From positions 131,817 to 195,816 of the forward strand of contig JAURFW010000002.1 of assembly GCA_030834125.1 (NCBI GenBank): DNA of 64,000 nucleotides, given 5' to 3'. Below are positions 37,801 through 47,163 of the stretch, in pieces. The notes beneath the pieces were generated by a model, which saw only the letters and a list, made by a program, of their open reading frames with translations, was not told the origin of the DNA and did no database searches. The DNA comes from Bacteroidota bacterium (GTDB taxonomy: Bacteria; Bacteroidota; Bacteroidia; NS11-12g; UBA955). A program made the position numbers and the translations under genes. Each line of letters begins with the position of its first letter. Positions within the stretch are counted from its first letter, which is position 1.

Positions 37801-40764
37801 ATGGAAGTTGTCAATACTAAAAGTTTTGAGGTTATATTTTCATTTGTTGAGCACCCATATTTTGGTTTTTTAGTCGAAGCAAACGCGGTGCAGTTACTGG
37901 AAAACGGCAACCCATCGTTAACTTATCAACGCATTCGCAGTAAAAATTGTGATTATTTTGGTTTGGATGAAGCTCAAAAAAGAGCAGTGAATTTGATTGA
38001 AAGTTATGAGGTAGATTCAATAATCAAGAAATTTTACACCGGTAGTAAACAAGTTAGATCATCGGACTTTTTTACCAAGCATTTTAATGAAGACACAAAA
38101 AAAAGAATTCAAGAATATATTGAGTCAAAACTCGTTGATATCCTTGTAATTATAAAAGATTTCCCCCTGTATCGTTCAGGTAACTTAAACGAACCGATGG
38201 GACATAAAGTTCGGTTCAGTAATGAACCAGCAAGTGTTCTATTTCATTTCCGTAGGAACGAAGAAGGAATGAATTATTTTGTTACCATCAAGCACCAAGA
38301 TCAAAAGGTGTCCATCTATCATAATAATTGTATTTTATTGGTGGGTAAACCTGCATGGTTATTGGCTGGGGATCAATTACTATTCTTCCAAGACTATGTA
38401 GATGGTAAAAAAATAAAGCCATTTTTTGAGAAGAAATATATTCATATTGACCCCAAACAAGAAGCGATATATTTAGAAAAATTTGTTCAGCCATTACTCG
38501 AGAATCATGATGTTTTTGCAAAAGGTTTTAATATTGTTACTGAAAAACTAGATGCTATTCCGGTTTTACGCTTAAGTAAGCTTTGGGATGCAGAAGCGCA
38601 TGCAGTGTTATTTTTTAAATATGGAGGATGGCTATTCCCATATCATGTTGATAAGCGCGTAAATGTGTCGTTAACTAAATCAGACGATACCTATGTTTTT
38701 CATAGAATAAGACGTTCATATCATTATGAAAATAAAAAGATTCAGTTGTTAACAGATTTGGGGTTAGAAACTAATGAAGGTAGTTTATTATCCCTTTCAT
38801 CAGAATTAACATCATATAAATTAATTGAGTGGTTCAATGAACATTCAGAAACCTTAGTTCGCAATGGATTCAAGGTAGAGCAAGATGTGGCAGAGGTAAA
38901 CTATTATTTAGGCGAAATAGATCTTAAAGTTAAAGTAAATACTAGTGAAGACTGGTTTGATGTAATGGCAATAGTCACTTTTGGCAGTTTTGAAATACCA
39001 TTCAAACGATTAAAAAACCATATACTTCAAAACAAGAGAGAATTTGTTTTACCAGATGGCCAAGTAGCAATAATCCCGGAAGAATGGTTCTCTCGTTTTG
39101 CTAAAGTTTTGAATTTTTCAGAATTTGAAGATGATAATTTCAAGCTGAAAAAGATACATGTAGCCTTACTTGATGAGCTTGAGCCATTTTTAGAAGAAGA
39201 ATTACCTTCTACAGATTGGGTGGAAACAATTGAGAATCAAGGAGTGCCATCTTATGAATTACCAGATGGTTTTCATGCCGAGATGAGGGATTACCAAAAG
39301 CAAGGTTATGATTGGTTACGCTACATGTTAGAGAATGGGTTAGGTGCATTACTCGCTGATGATATGGGATTAGGCAAAACTGTTCAAACGCTTGCGATTA
39401 TTCAGGACTTTGTCAATAAACATAGAACATTAAAACAAAGTTTATCTGAAAAGGTAAAAAAGAGGATTCTAGAATTACAAGATAATAAATCAGAAATTAA
39501 TGAAGGGGCTTTAATTCAAGGACCATGCATGGTTGTTTGTCCTAAGTCATTGTTGCACAACTGGAAGAATGAAGCCAAGAAATTTACACCAGATTTGAAT
39601 GTGTTGATTTATAGTGGTATCAACAGGCAAAAGGTATTATTAGAAATTTCTGAAGCTGACATAGTTGTATTAAGTTATGGTACACTAAGGAACGATATAG
39701 ATTTATTGGATAAGTTTGAATATCCCTGTATGATTCTTGATGAAAGTCAGGCAATTAAAAATCCTGCATCTTTAACATCTCGTAGTTTGCTTCGAATAAA
39801 GGCAAAAAAACGGATTGCTTTAACTGGCACTCCAATTGAAAACACTTTGTTAGACATTTGGAGTCAAATGAATTTCCTGAACCCAGGCCTTTTAGGCAGT
39901 TACACTTATTTCGATAAGAATTTCATTCGTCCTATTGAGAAGAGTCCAAAAGGAAATGATAAAAAAACAAATGAACTCAAGCGTTTTATTGATCCATTTG
40001 TATTGAGACGTACAAAGGGACAGGTGATGCAAGAGTTACCGCCAAAATTTGAAAAGATTCATTACTGTGAAATGAATGAAGATCAAGCGGAGTTATACGA
40101 AAAGGTTAAGAGTCAATATAGAAATGAAATTCTGTCTCATGTGAATGAGGTAGGGATGAATAAATCGCGTCTTAAAATCTTCAATGGTTTGATGCATCTT
40201 CGTCAGATTGCTTTAAATCCTAAGTTAAAAGATCACGATTACAAAGGTCGATCTGGTAAAGACGATGAAATACTCCATATGATATTAAGGGCAATTGAAA
40301 ATGGACATAAAATCCTTTTATTTTCTCAGTTTGTCGGATATCTAAAAAATATTGGAGATTATCTTAAAGATCATGGATTGAAATATTGTTATCTGGACGG
40401 TTCTATGGATGAAGAAGAGAGAGCAAAACAAATTGACCAATTTCAGGAAGATAAATCATTAAGGATATTTTTATTAAGCTTAAGAGCCGGTAATTCAGGA
40501 TTGAATCTTACAGCTGCTGATTATGTGTTTTTGGCAGATCCATGGTGGAATCCATTTACCATGAAGCAGGCAGAGGATAGGGCTCATAGAATGGGTCAGG
40601 AAAAATCGGTATTTAGTTATAAGTTTATTACTAAAAATACAATCGAGGAAAAAATACTCACACTTCAGCAGAAGAAAACCAAGCTAGCCGAAAGCATAAT
40701 CCCAGATGAAGATACAATATTTGGAAACATTGATCTTGAAGAATTAGAGGAACTATTAAATTGA
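37801..40764 (+). CDS. SNF2-family ATPase/helicase with an uncharacterised N-terminal region of about 480 aa
   Basis: SNF2_N motifs DYQKQGYDWL...LADDMGLGKTVQ and DESQAIKN, with helicase-C motifs LLSLRAGNSGLNLTAADYVF and DPWWNP. Confidence 0.85.
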   Translation: MEVVNTKSFEVIFSFVEHPYFGFLVEANAVQLLENGNPSLTYQRIRSKNCDYFGLDEAQKRAVNLIESYEVDSIIKKFYTGSKQVRSSDFFTKHFNEDTKKRIQEYIESKLVDILVIIKDFPLYRSGNLNEPMGHKVRFSNEPASVLFHFRRNEEGMNYFVTIKHQDQKVSIYHNNCILLVGKPAWLLAGDQLLFFQDYVDGKKIKPFFEKKYIHIDPKQEAIYLEKFVQPLLENHDVFAKGFNIVTEKLDAIPVLRLSKLWDAEAHAVLFFKYGGWLFPYHVDKRVNVSLTKSDDTYVFHRIRRSYHYENKKIQLLTDLGLETNEGSLLSLSSELTSYKLIEWFNEHSETLVRNGFKVEQDVAEVNYYLGEIDLKVKVNTSEDWFDVMAIVTFGSFEIPFKRLKNHILQNKREFVLPDGQVAIIPEEWFSRFAKVLNFSEFEDDNFKLKKIHVALLDELEPFLEEELPSTDWVETIENQGVPSYELPDGFHAEMRDYQKQGYDWLRYMLENGLGALLADDMGLGKTVQTLAIIQDFVNKHRTLKQSLSEKVKKRILELQDNKSEINEGALIQGPCMVVCPKSLLHNWKNEAKKFTPDLNVLIYSGINRQKVLLEISEADIVVLSYGTLRNDIDLLDKFEYPCMILDESQAIKNPASLTSRSLLRIKAKKRIALTGTPIENTLLDIWSQMNFLNPGLLGSYTYFDKNFIRPIEKSPKGNDKKTNELKRFIDPFVLRRTKGQVMQELPPKFEKIHYCEMNEDQAELYEKVKSQYRNEILSHVNEVGMNKSRLKIFNGLMHLRQIALNPKLKDHDYKGRSGKDDEILHMILRAIENGHKILLFSQFVGYLKNIGDYLKDHGLKYCYLDGSMDEEERAKQIDQFQEDKSLRIFLLSLRAGNSGLNLTAADYVFLADPWWNPFTMKQAEDRAHRMGQEKSVFSYKFITKNTIEEKILTLQQKKTKLAESIIPDEDTIFGNIDLEELEELLN

Positions 40765-40765
40765 T

Positions 40766-41446
40766 ATGTTTGGGTTATCTGATAATTCATCTTGGTACAA
40801 GTTTTTCGAACACTTTAAATTATTAGAAGGTTTAAGGATTTTAGAAAACCGATATGTAAGCGAAAGCACAACAAAAATCATTTATCCTCCTAAAAAAGAG
40901 GTTCTAAATGCATTTAATTTATGTGATTTCAGAAATGTAAGAGTAGTAATAATTGGCCAAGATCCTTACCATGGAGCGGGGCAAGCTAATGGGTTGGCAT
41001 TTTCAGTAAATATGGGCGTAGCGCTACCGCCATCATTAAAAAATATATTCAAAGAGATCAAACGTAATTTAGGTATTGATTTTGGTTTAAATGGAGATTT
41101 GAGCCCTTGGGCAAAACAGGGAGTGTTTTTATTGAACACAATATTAACCGTTGAGGATTCTAAGCCATTGAGCCATAGCAATTGGGGTTGGGAAACATTT
41201 ACAAAAATTTGTATAGAAAAACTTGACAAACATAATGACGGAATAGTTTTTATGTTATGGGGAGGAAATGCCAAAAAGATAAAACCATACATAAAGAACC
41301 CCAATAATCTTATTCTTGAAAGTTCACATCCATCACCTCTGAGTGTTTATAGAGGATTTGATGGTTGTTCTCATTTCTCTATGTGCAATGATTTTTTTAC
41401 TAAATCGAATCGCAGCCCTATTGATTGGAGTTTGCCAAATAATTGA
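40766..41446 (+). CDS. ung: uracil-DNA glycosylase, family 1
   Basis: Signature motifs VVIIGQDPYHG, GLAFSV and the HPSPLS His-loop. Confidence 0.9.
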   Translation: MFGLSDNSSWYKFFEHFKLLEGLRILENRYVSESTTKIIYPPKKEVLNAFNLCDFRNVRVVIIGQDPYHGAGQANGLAFSVNMGVALPPSLKNIFKEIKRNLGIDFGLNGDLSPWAKQGVFLLNTILTVEDSKPLSHSNWGWETFTKICIEKLDKHNDGIVFMLWGGNAKKIKPYIKNPNNLILESSHPSPLSVYRGFDGCSHFSMCNDFFTKSNRSPIDWSLPNN

Positions 41447-41509
41447 ACACTCTATACTTGTGTGTATATCTGGATTAATGCACAAAGCAGTAGTTCTTAA
41501 ATTTGTGAT

Positions 41510-42199
41510 GTGGAATATCCAATAGAAATTAATCAAGCTAACTTGTATCAAGGTAATGTTCTTATCTTAAAGAATATTGATTTAAAAGTGAGTTCTGGTG
41601 AATTTGTGTTCCTTGTGGGCCGAACGGGTTCGGGCAAGTCGACTGTATTAAAGTCTTTATATGGAGCTATACCTATTACCGAGGGCAGTGCAAAGGTTTC
41701 TAGTTATGAGTTAAACGGTATTAAAGAACGTAAAGTTCCATTTTTAAGGAGAGAATTGGGAATAGTTTTTCAAGATTTCCAATTATTACAAGATAGATCT
41801 GCTGAGGATAATTTAATGTTTGTGATGAAAGCCACTGGTTGGAAATCAAAACGTGAAATGATGGATAGGGCGCATGAGGTATTGAAAAAAGTGGGATTAG
41901 AAAACAAGGGTTACAAATTCCCGGCAGAATTAAGTGGTGGAGAACAACAAAGATTAGTAATTGCAAGAGCATTGCTGAATTCTCCCAAAGTAGTCCTCGC
42001 TGATGAACCAACTGCAGCCCTAGATCCAGAAGTCAGTGATGAGGTGATGATGTTATTACAAAGTATTTGTGCTGAAGGAACTGCCGTACTAATGGCAACG
42101 CACGATTATAGACTTATACATAAATTTGGGGGAACCATCTTTGAGGTTAAGGCCCAACAATTACATCATATTCCTAATGTGAATCACCTTAATTGGTGA
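41510..42199 (+). CDS. ftsE: cell-division ABC transporter ATP-binding protein FtsE-like
   Basis: Walker A GRTGSGKST, ABC signature LSGGEQQRLVIARAL and Walker B VVLADEPT, in the FtsE size class (229 aa). Confidence 0.8.
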   Translation: MEYPIEINQANLYQGNVLILKNIDLKVSSGEFVFLVGRTGSGKSTVLKSLYGAIPITEGSAKVSSYELNGIKERKVPFLRRELGIVFQDFQLLQDRSAEDNLMFVMKATGWKSKREMMDRAHEVLKKVGLENKGYKFPAELSGGEQQRLVIARALLNSPKVVLADEPTAALDPEVSDEVMMLLQSICAEGTAVLMATHDYRLIHKFGGTIFEVKAQQLHHIPNVNHLNW

Positions 42200-43622
42200 T
42201 TTTTACTATTTTGAGATTACCCAATTTACCTGAATCTGTATAGTTTAGAATAAATTTCATTTCAGAATTATTGTTAGAGACTTTATTCCAACTAGACCTA
42301 CTGATATGATTATTGTTGGCTTGAATTAGAAAAGAATTATAATTATTTAAATCAGATATTACTGAGTCTGATCCGATAAAAAAATTGTTTTCTTTATTGA
42401 TTTTCGAAAAATATTCGCAATAATTCACATACAAATGTGCGTCGTCTCCAAAAATATGAATACTATCATAATTTGTGTTCTCCGTTATGAAATTATTCAC
42501 AACAGACAATCTATGAATGCCGTGCTTTGATTCAGGGTAAATAAACTGACTGACATTCCAACAGATAATTCCAAAAACCAAGATTGAACTTCCTTTTAAC
42601 ACTTTTTGAGCTGGCATACCCAATACTAGCAAGAAAGGCAACATCACCATAAACTCAATATTTCCCACTGAATAAACTGCGAAAGATATAAATAAAAGTA
42701 TAGTAAAAAGATAGGTGTTTTTTAAGGGGAGTTTTTTTAGAGAAATTGATTTTTCCTTAGTGTAAACAACAATTCCAACAGCAATTATCAACATTGAAAC
42801 TATACCAAAACCGCTAAGAATTGGATTCCAAATATTCCAATAAACTAAAAGGTCGGGATGAACTTGAGTAATTGATCTAATTAAGTTAACTCCACTAAAG
42901 AATATATTCTTGCTTGAAAAGCTTGTAGTAACCAAACCTGCATTCACATCTTGGAAGACTATATCAAATAAGGGTACTTCCAACCATAGTGAAGCTGTAA
43001 TATATCCAAAAATCGGAATGCATATTCCTAAAATAAATGCAGAGATATTTTTACTCTTTATAAATTCAACTATCCACAAGCCAATTAACCAAAAAATGTG
43101 AATCTGATGAAATAGGCATGCAAATCCTAACCAAATTGCAGCAGTATAAAATTTTTGTTTTTCAAAATAAAGAGAACCAAGTAAAGATAGAAATATAGGG
43201 ACTGTATATGCTTCTACTTGAAATGAATATTTTAAAAATACAAAAGTGCCCATCAAAAATAAAGTGGCTGTATTGATAGCCGGAAAATCCCAATTTCTAT
43301 TTACAAGAATGCGTTTTAATACGTATAATGACAATATCGCAAAAATCAGATTAATTGAGGTAAATAATATTAATGGGCTAATTTTATTGCTGAATATTGA
43401 AATAAATTGAAACAAACCCCAAAACAATGGTTTGTGAAGAAGATGGTGTGCAGAGAATAATTCTCCATCTAGTATTTCGCAAGAATAGCCATAAGAATCA
43501 CCAGTAAATTCAAGAGGTATAAAAGTGTATCTTAAAGCAATAAATATTACAACTATTATTATCCAGTAAGTTGGCCGATTGAACATTAAGCAAATATAGG
43601 TAGTAGTAATAATTGTTTTCAT
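42189..43622 (-). CDS. polytopic membrane protein, possibly a GT-C-like glycosyltransferase or polymerase; function unknown
   Basis: More than 10 predicted transmembrane helices plus a C-terminal soluble region of about 100 aa. The track starts at a TTG (43628); the in-frame ATG at 43622 (MKTIIT) is preferred. Confidence 0.5.
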   Translation of the reverse strand: MKTIITTTYICLMFNRPTYWIIIVVIFIALRYTFIPLEFTGDSYGYSCEILDGELFSAHHLLHKPLFWGLFQFISIFSNKISPLILFTSINLIFAILSLYVLKRILVNRNWDFPAINTATLFLMGTFVFLKYSFQVEAYTVPIFLSLLGSLYFEKQKFYTAAIWLGFACLFHQIHIFWLIGLWIVEFIKSKNISAFILGICIPIFGYITASLWLEVPLFDIVFQDVNAGLVTTSFSSKNIFFSGVNLIRSITQVHPDLLVYWNIWNPILSGFGIVSMLIIAVGIVVYTKEKSISLKKLPLKNTYLFTILLFISFAVYSVGNIEFMVMLPFLLVLGMPAQKVLKGSSILVFGIICWNVSQFIYPESKHGIHRLSVVNNFITENTNYDSIHIFGDDAHLYVNYCEYFSKINKENNFFIGSDSVISDLNNYNSFLIQANNNHISRSSWNKVSNNNSEMKFILNYTDSGKLGNLKIVKITN

Positions 43623-43634
43623 TTTCAATCACTC

Positions 43635-43642
43635 TATCTTTG
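43635..43642 (+). promoter_or_regulatory. -7 element TATCTTTG upstream of cca
   Basis: Exact TAnnTTTG match ending 6 nt before the TTG at 43649. Confidence 0.5.
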
Positions 43643-43648
43643 TGGATA

Positions 43649-45052
43649 TTGAGTTTTCCCAAATTAGAAATATTTAAGCTTTTAGCAGAAACGGCAAATG
43701 AATTAGAAATTAAGTCATATGTTGTAGGTGGCTATGTACGAGATTTATTATTAAAAATTCCGAGTAAGGATATTGATATAGTGGTTATTGGTTCTGGTGT
43801 TGATTTTGCACAGGCTTTACATCAAAAAATGGATGGGGCGTCTATTTCAGTGTTTAAAAATTTTGGCACAGCTCAAATAAAGTATGAGGATTATATTGTA
43901 GAAATAATAGGAGCTAGGAAAGAAAGTTACCGAAGGGATAGCCGAAAGCCATTAGTTGAAGATGGAACATTAGAGGATGATCAAAATAGGAGAGACTTCA
44001 CGGTTAATTCATTTTATCTAGGATTGAATTCTGATAATTATGGAGTTTTGGAAGATCCATTTGATGGAATTCAAGACCTCAATAATGGAATTATCAGAAC
44101 TAATACCGACCCTGATAAAACTTTCTCGGATGATCCATTGAGGATGTTACGGGCAATTAGATTCGCGGCTAGGTTTAATTTTACTATTGAAGAGAAAACA
44201 TGGAATGGTATATTGGATAATGCTCATAGAATTGGAATTGTGTCTCAAGAGAGAATAACCGATGAGTTGAACTCAATGATAAGAGGTGATAAACCTTCTA
44301 TTGCGTTTAAATTAATGTTTGATTCAGGCTTGTTACATTACTTTTTCCCTGAAATGGTTGAACTACAAGGAGTAGAAACTATTGACGGTAAGAGTCATAA
44401 AGATAATTTTTACCATACATTACAAGTTTTAGATCAATTATGCCAGTTATCAGAAAATATTTGGCTAAGATGGGCAGCAATTTTACATGATATAGCCAAA
44501 CCAGCTACAAAAAGATTTGATCCCAAAGTAGGTTGGACTTTTCATGGACATGAAGATCGGGGTTCACGAATGGTTAAGGGTATATTTCGCCGGTTAAGGT
44601 TACCACTTGATGAAAAGATGAAATATGTTCAGAAACTTGTAGCGATGCATTTAAGACCTATTGTTTTATCTAAAGATATAGTTACTGATAGTGCAGTGCG
44701 AAGATTAATTGTAGAGGCAGGTAATGACGTTGATGATTTATTGCTGCTTTGTCGGGCTGATATAACATCTAAAAATCAATTTAAAGTAAAAAGACATATT
44801 GAGAATCTTCAAAAAGTAGAACAGAAAATTCAAGAGGTTAGAGAAAAGGATGAACTTAGGAATTGGCAACCTGTAATTACTGGGAACCACATCAAAGGTC
44901 GTTATATGATTGTTAATCCCCGCGATATTGGAATGCTGAAACTAGAACTACGTGAAGCAATTTTATCTGGTGAAGTTAAAAATACTCTGGATGACAGTTT
45001 TAAATTTCTAGATTTATTAGCTGCGGAAAAGGGGATTGAAAGAAAGAAATAA
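43649..45052 (+). CDS. cca: CCA tRNA nucleotidyltransferase / poly(A) polymerase-family protein with an HD domain
   Basis: PolyA_pol head YVVGGYVRDLLL...KDIDIVV and a C-terminal HD region. No in-frame ATG precedes the core. A TATCTTTG -7 element at 43635-43642 predicts a leaderless TTG start at 43649 (MSFPKLEIFKLL...); the track start is the TTG at 43613. Confidence 0.8.
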   Translation: MSFPKLEIFKLLAETANELEIKSYVVGGYVRDLLLKIPSKDIDIVVIGSGVDFAQALHQKMDGASISVFKNFGTAQIKYEDYIVEIIGARKESYRRDSRKPLVEDGTLEDDQNRRDFTVNSFYLGLNSDNYGVLEDPFDGIQDLNNGIIRTNTDPDKTFSDDPLRMLRAIRFAARFNFTIEEKTWNGILDNAHRIGIVSQERITDELNSMIRGDKPSIAFKLMFDSGLLHYFFPEMVELQGVETIDGKSHKDNFYHTLQVLDQLCQLSENIWLRWAAILHDIAKPATKRFDPKVGWTFHGHEDRGSRMVKGIFRRLRLPLDEKMKYVQKLVAMHLRPIVLSKDIVTDSAVRRLIVEAGNDVDDLLLLCRADITSKNQFKVKRHIENLQKVEQKIQEVREKDELRNWQPVITGNHIKGRYMIVNPRDIGMLKLELREAILSGEVKNTLDDSFKFLDLLAAEKGIERKK

Positions 45053-45115
45053 TTATTTTTTTATTGGTTTGCAGTCTTTATTTGAAATGGTAAGTTCATT
45101 TCTTATTTTCTATCT

Positions 45116-45442
45116 CTATCTCAAATATGAAAAATCATTAGGATCAAAAACGTGCTCTTTTACATTTATAATATAACCAGTATCAACACGTTCAAATGAT
45201 TCTACAATAACATTAAATTCACACTTAATAATATGAGACAACATTTGACCTGCTTTAATATAAGGTCCTCCAGAAAGGTCTACGACAACAATTACCTCAT
45301 GATTTGTAGTTCCATCTGGATTTTTCAGCCAACCACAACGATGAAATTCAAAATTACCTTCCCAAAGAACCTTATTTGGTCCTTGTTTAGTAAATGTAAA
45401 AACATCACCATTACGATTTTCGTATTGTGCTACGTTTTCCAT
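45116..45442 (-). CDS. hypothetical protein, 108 aa
   Basis: Clean ORF with no recognisable motif, divergent from the 45660-46765 operon. Confidence 0.5.
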   Translation of the reverse strand: MENVAQYENRNGDVFTFTKQGPNKVLWEGNFEFHRCGWLKNPDGTTNHEVIVVVDLSGGPYIKAGQMLSHIIKCEFNVIVESFERVDTGYIINVKEHVFDPNDFSYLR

Positions 45443-45558
45443 TATTTTTCTATAATTAAAAAATTTCCGAAATAATAATCGGGGATTTGAAGGAATTATT
45501 TCCTTTCCAAGTTTTAACTGATTTTAATGCTTTATTATCATTCATATTATAGTTCTTA

Positions 45559-45625
45559 TTTACATGTAAAAATAATCTTGTTTACATGTAAATATAATCT
45601 TGTTTACAATGTAAATATAATCTTT
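45559..45625. repeat. three tandem 22-23 bp direct repeats, each containing the 12-bp perfect palindrome TTTACATGTAAA (candidate operator array or iterons)
   Basis: The three copies are TTTACATGTAAAAATAATCTTG, TTTACATGTAAATATAATCTTG and TTTACAATGTAAATATAATCTTT, lying head to tail 35-100 bp upstream of the ATG at 45660. Confidence 0.8.
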
Positions 45626-45659
45626 AAGTTTATTATACTTGAATAAAAAAATTGTAGCG

Positions 45660-45938
45660 ATGGATCAAATTTATAAAATCATTGAACTTAAAGTAGATGG
45701 AGGTTCACAGGAGGTTGGCTTAAGAAAAGAAACGTATAAAAATTCAAAGTGGAACAAAGCTGTAAAGGCAGCAGAGAATATTGCAATGAAAGATTTTGAA
45801 GATTTGCTAAATATACATTGTAGAGAAGATAATAATTGGCGTCTAGATTCAATTCAAACAATTCGCTACTTCTGGGGTCCAGGTGAGTATTACAAAACTG
45901 TAATTGTATTAAAGAATTTAGAGCATTTTAAATCGTAA
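45660..45938 (+). CDS. hypothetical protein, 92 aa from the ATG (the track opens at the TTG 45639)
   Basis: An ORF preceded by three tandem 22-23 bp palindrome-containing repeats; no recognisable motif. Confidence 0.5.
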   Translation: MDQIYKIIELKVDGGSQEVGLRKETYKNSKWNKAVKAAENIAMKDFEDLLNIHCREDNNWRLDSIQTIRYFWGPGEYYKTVIVLKNLEHFKS

Positions 45939-45943
45939 GTTAA

Positions 45944-46765
45944 ATGGGGAAAGAACAAATTGTTGTTGCATTAAATAATGAGCCAGAATCCAGTCCAAGT
46001 AAGTATCTTGGTGCGGAGATAGCTATAGGTACACTCACACTAGATAAGATAGCAGAACTCAAAAGTATTCTTCAAAATGGCTTACTTTTTGAAGAAATGG
46101 GAGGCCTTTGGGGTGAAACTTTTAAAGGTTCTGTCTATTTAACTGAACTGATGGATGTAAATGATGAATATCATAAAAATGGATTGATTTTTTATGAAAG
46201 CCTTTATGATAATTGCAGTGATATTAATTTATATTCAACAGAAAACTGGGCCTTTGTTCCTGAAGATAACGAGGATATGCTACCTAATCCAGAATTTAAA
46301 CCACCGGTTAAAATACAAACTAAATCTTCAGAATTTATTGTTTTGTCCATTAGAACTGAAGATCTATATTTTAAAGCTAAAGGGGAACTAAACCCAGAAA
46401 ATAAAATGGTTTTTGACGAAACGAATATAGCAAAATTTAAAATTCAAACGGGAATCGATGAATTTCATTCAATTATGTCTTCCTTTGGCTTTAGTGGTTT
46501 TAATCTTCTACACACAGTATATGCTAATGGAGTTGAATTAGAAAGAGACGAAGATGACATTGAAGAAGCATTTAATATTTACTATTCGTCGCATTTAATT
46601 TTTTCAGAAGGTAAATTAATAGCTTGGTTAGCTACAAATAATCATTCACACCATTTCCCTTTTGATTATTATGAGTCCAAAATACCTTGTATAAGTCCAT
46701 ACCTTATGGAAATGGATCCCGAAACTTATCAATTAGCAATAAATAACTTATTGGAAAACCTTTGA
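45944..46765 (+). CDS. hypothetical acidic protein, 273 aa
   Basis: Lies 5 bp downstream of the previous ORF (operon); no signal peptide, transmembrane segment or known motif. Confidence 0.5.
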   Translation: MGKEQIVVALNNEPESSPSKYLGAEIAIGTLTLDKIAELKSILQNGLLFEEMGGLWGETFKGSVYLTELMDVNDEYHKNGLIFYESLYDNCSDINLYSTENWAFVPEDNEDMLPNPEFKPPVKIQTKSSEFIVLSIRTEDLYFKAKGELNPENKMVFDETNIAKFKIQTGIDEFHSIMSSFGFSGFNLLHTVYANGVELERDEDDIEEAFNIYYSSHLIFSEGKLIAWLATNNHSHHFPFDYYESKIPCISPYLMEMDPETYQLAINNLLENL

Positions 46766-47163
46766 TATTAGAAATCTATTGATTTGTGTTCCTTATGGCG
46801 AGTTGAACCCTCAGTTTAAATTACCCCAGCCTACATTGAAGGAAAGAAAAGAGTATTTTGTATGAGACATTTTTTATTAACAAATGGTCTATCAAACACT
46901 ACTTCTCCACAAAGTATTTTCCTAATTGAACTTGGCAACTGCTGTTTTGAGTACAAAACCTGCCAAGGTTTTGGTGTTGAATATCAATGAATTAACCCAT
47001 ATATTCGATTCCGTCTGATAACTATATTAATCAATTTTTATATTGCAATTATTATTATCTGTGATAATGAATATCACTTTATAAACTAGGTTTGGAAAAA
47101 TTCTGAATAGAAAAAAGCAAAAAATCAATGATAAACATATAAAATTATTGATTTTTGCAGTGT

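Noticed and set aside
37801-40764. Calling the SNF2 helicase the DrmD subunit of a DISARM defence system.
   Set aside because: None of the DISARM partners (a DUF1998 helicase-associated protein, a PLD nuclease or a methyltransferase) is encoded nearby.
41333-41551. Two overlapping short ORFs between ung and ftsE.
   Set aside because: They overlap the ung 3' end and the ftsE start in other frames and carry no motif.
45559-45625. Possible CRISPR array.
   Set aside because: There are only three contiguous 22-23 bp repeats with no unique spacers between them and no cas genes nearby. They read better as an operator or iteron array.
47061-47077. GTGATA-n5-TATCAC inverted repeat as a regulator binding site.
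   Set aside because: A 6-bp arm is short enough to arise by chance in a 390-bp AT-rich region. It is mentioned only inside the finding on the long intergenic region.
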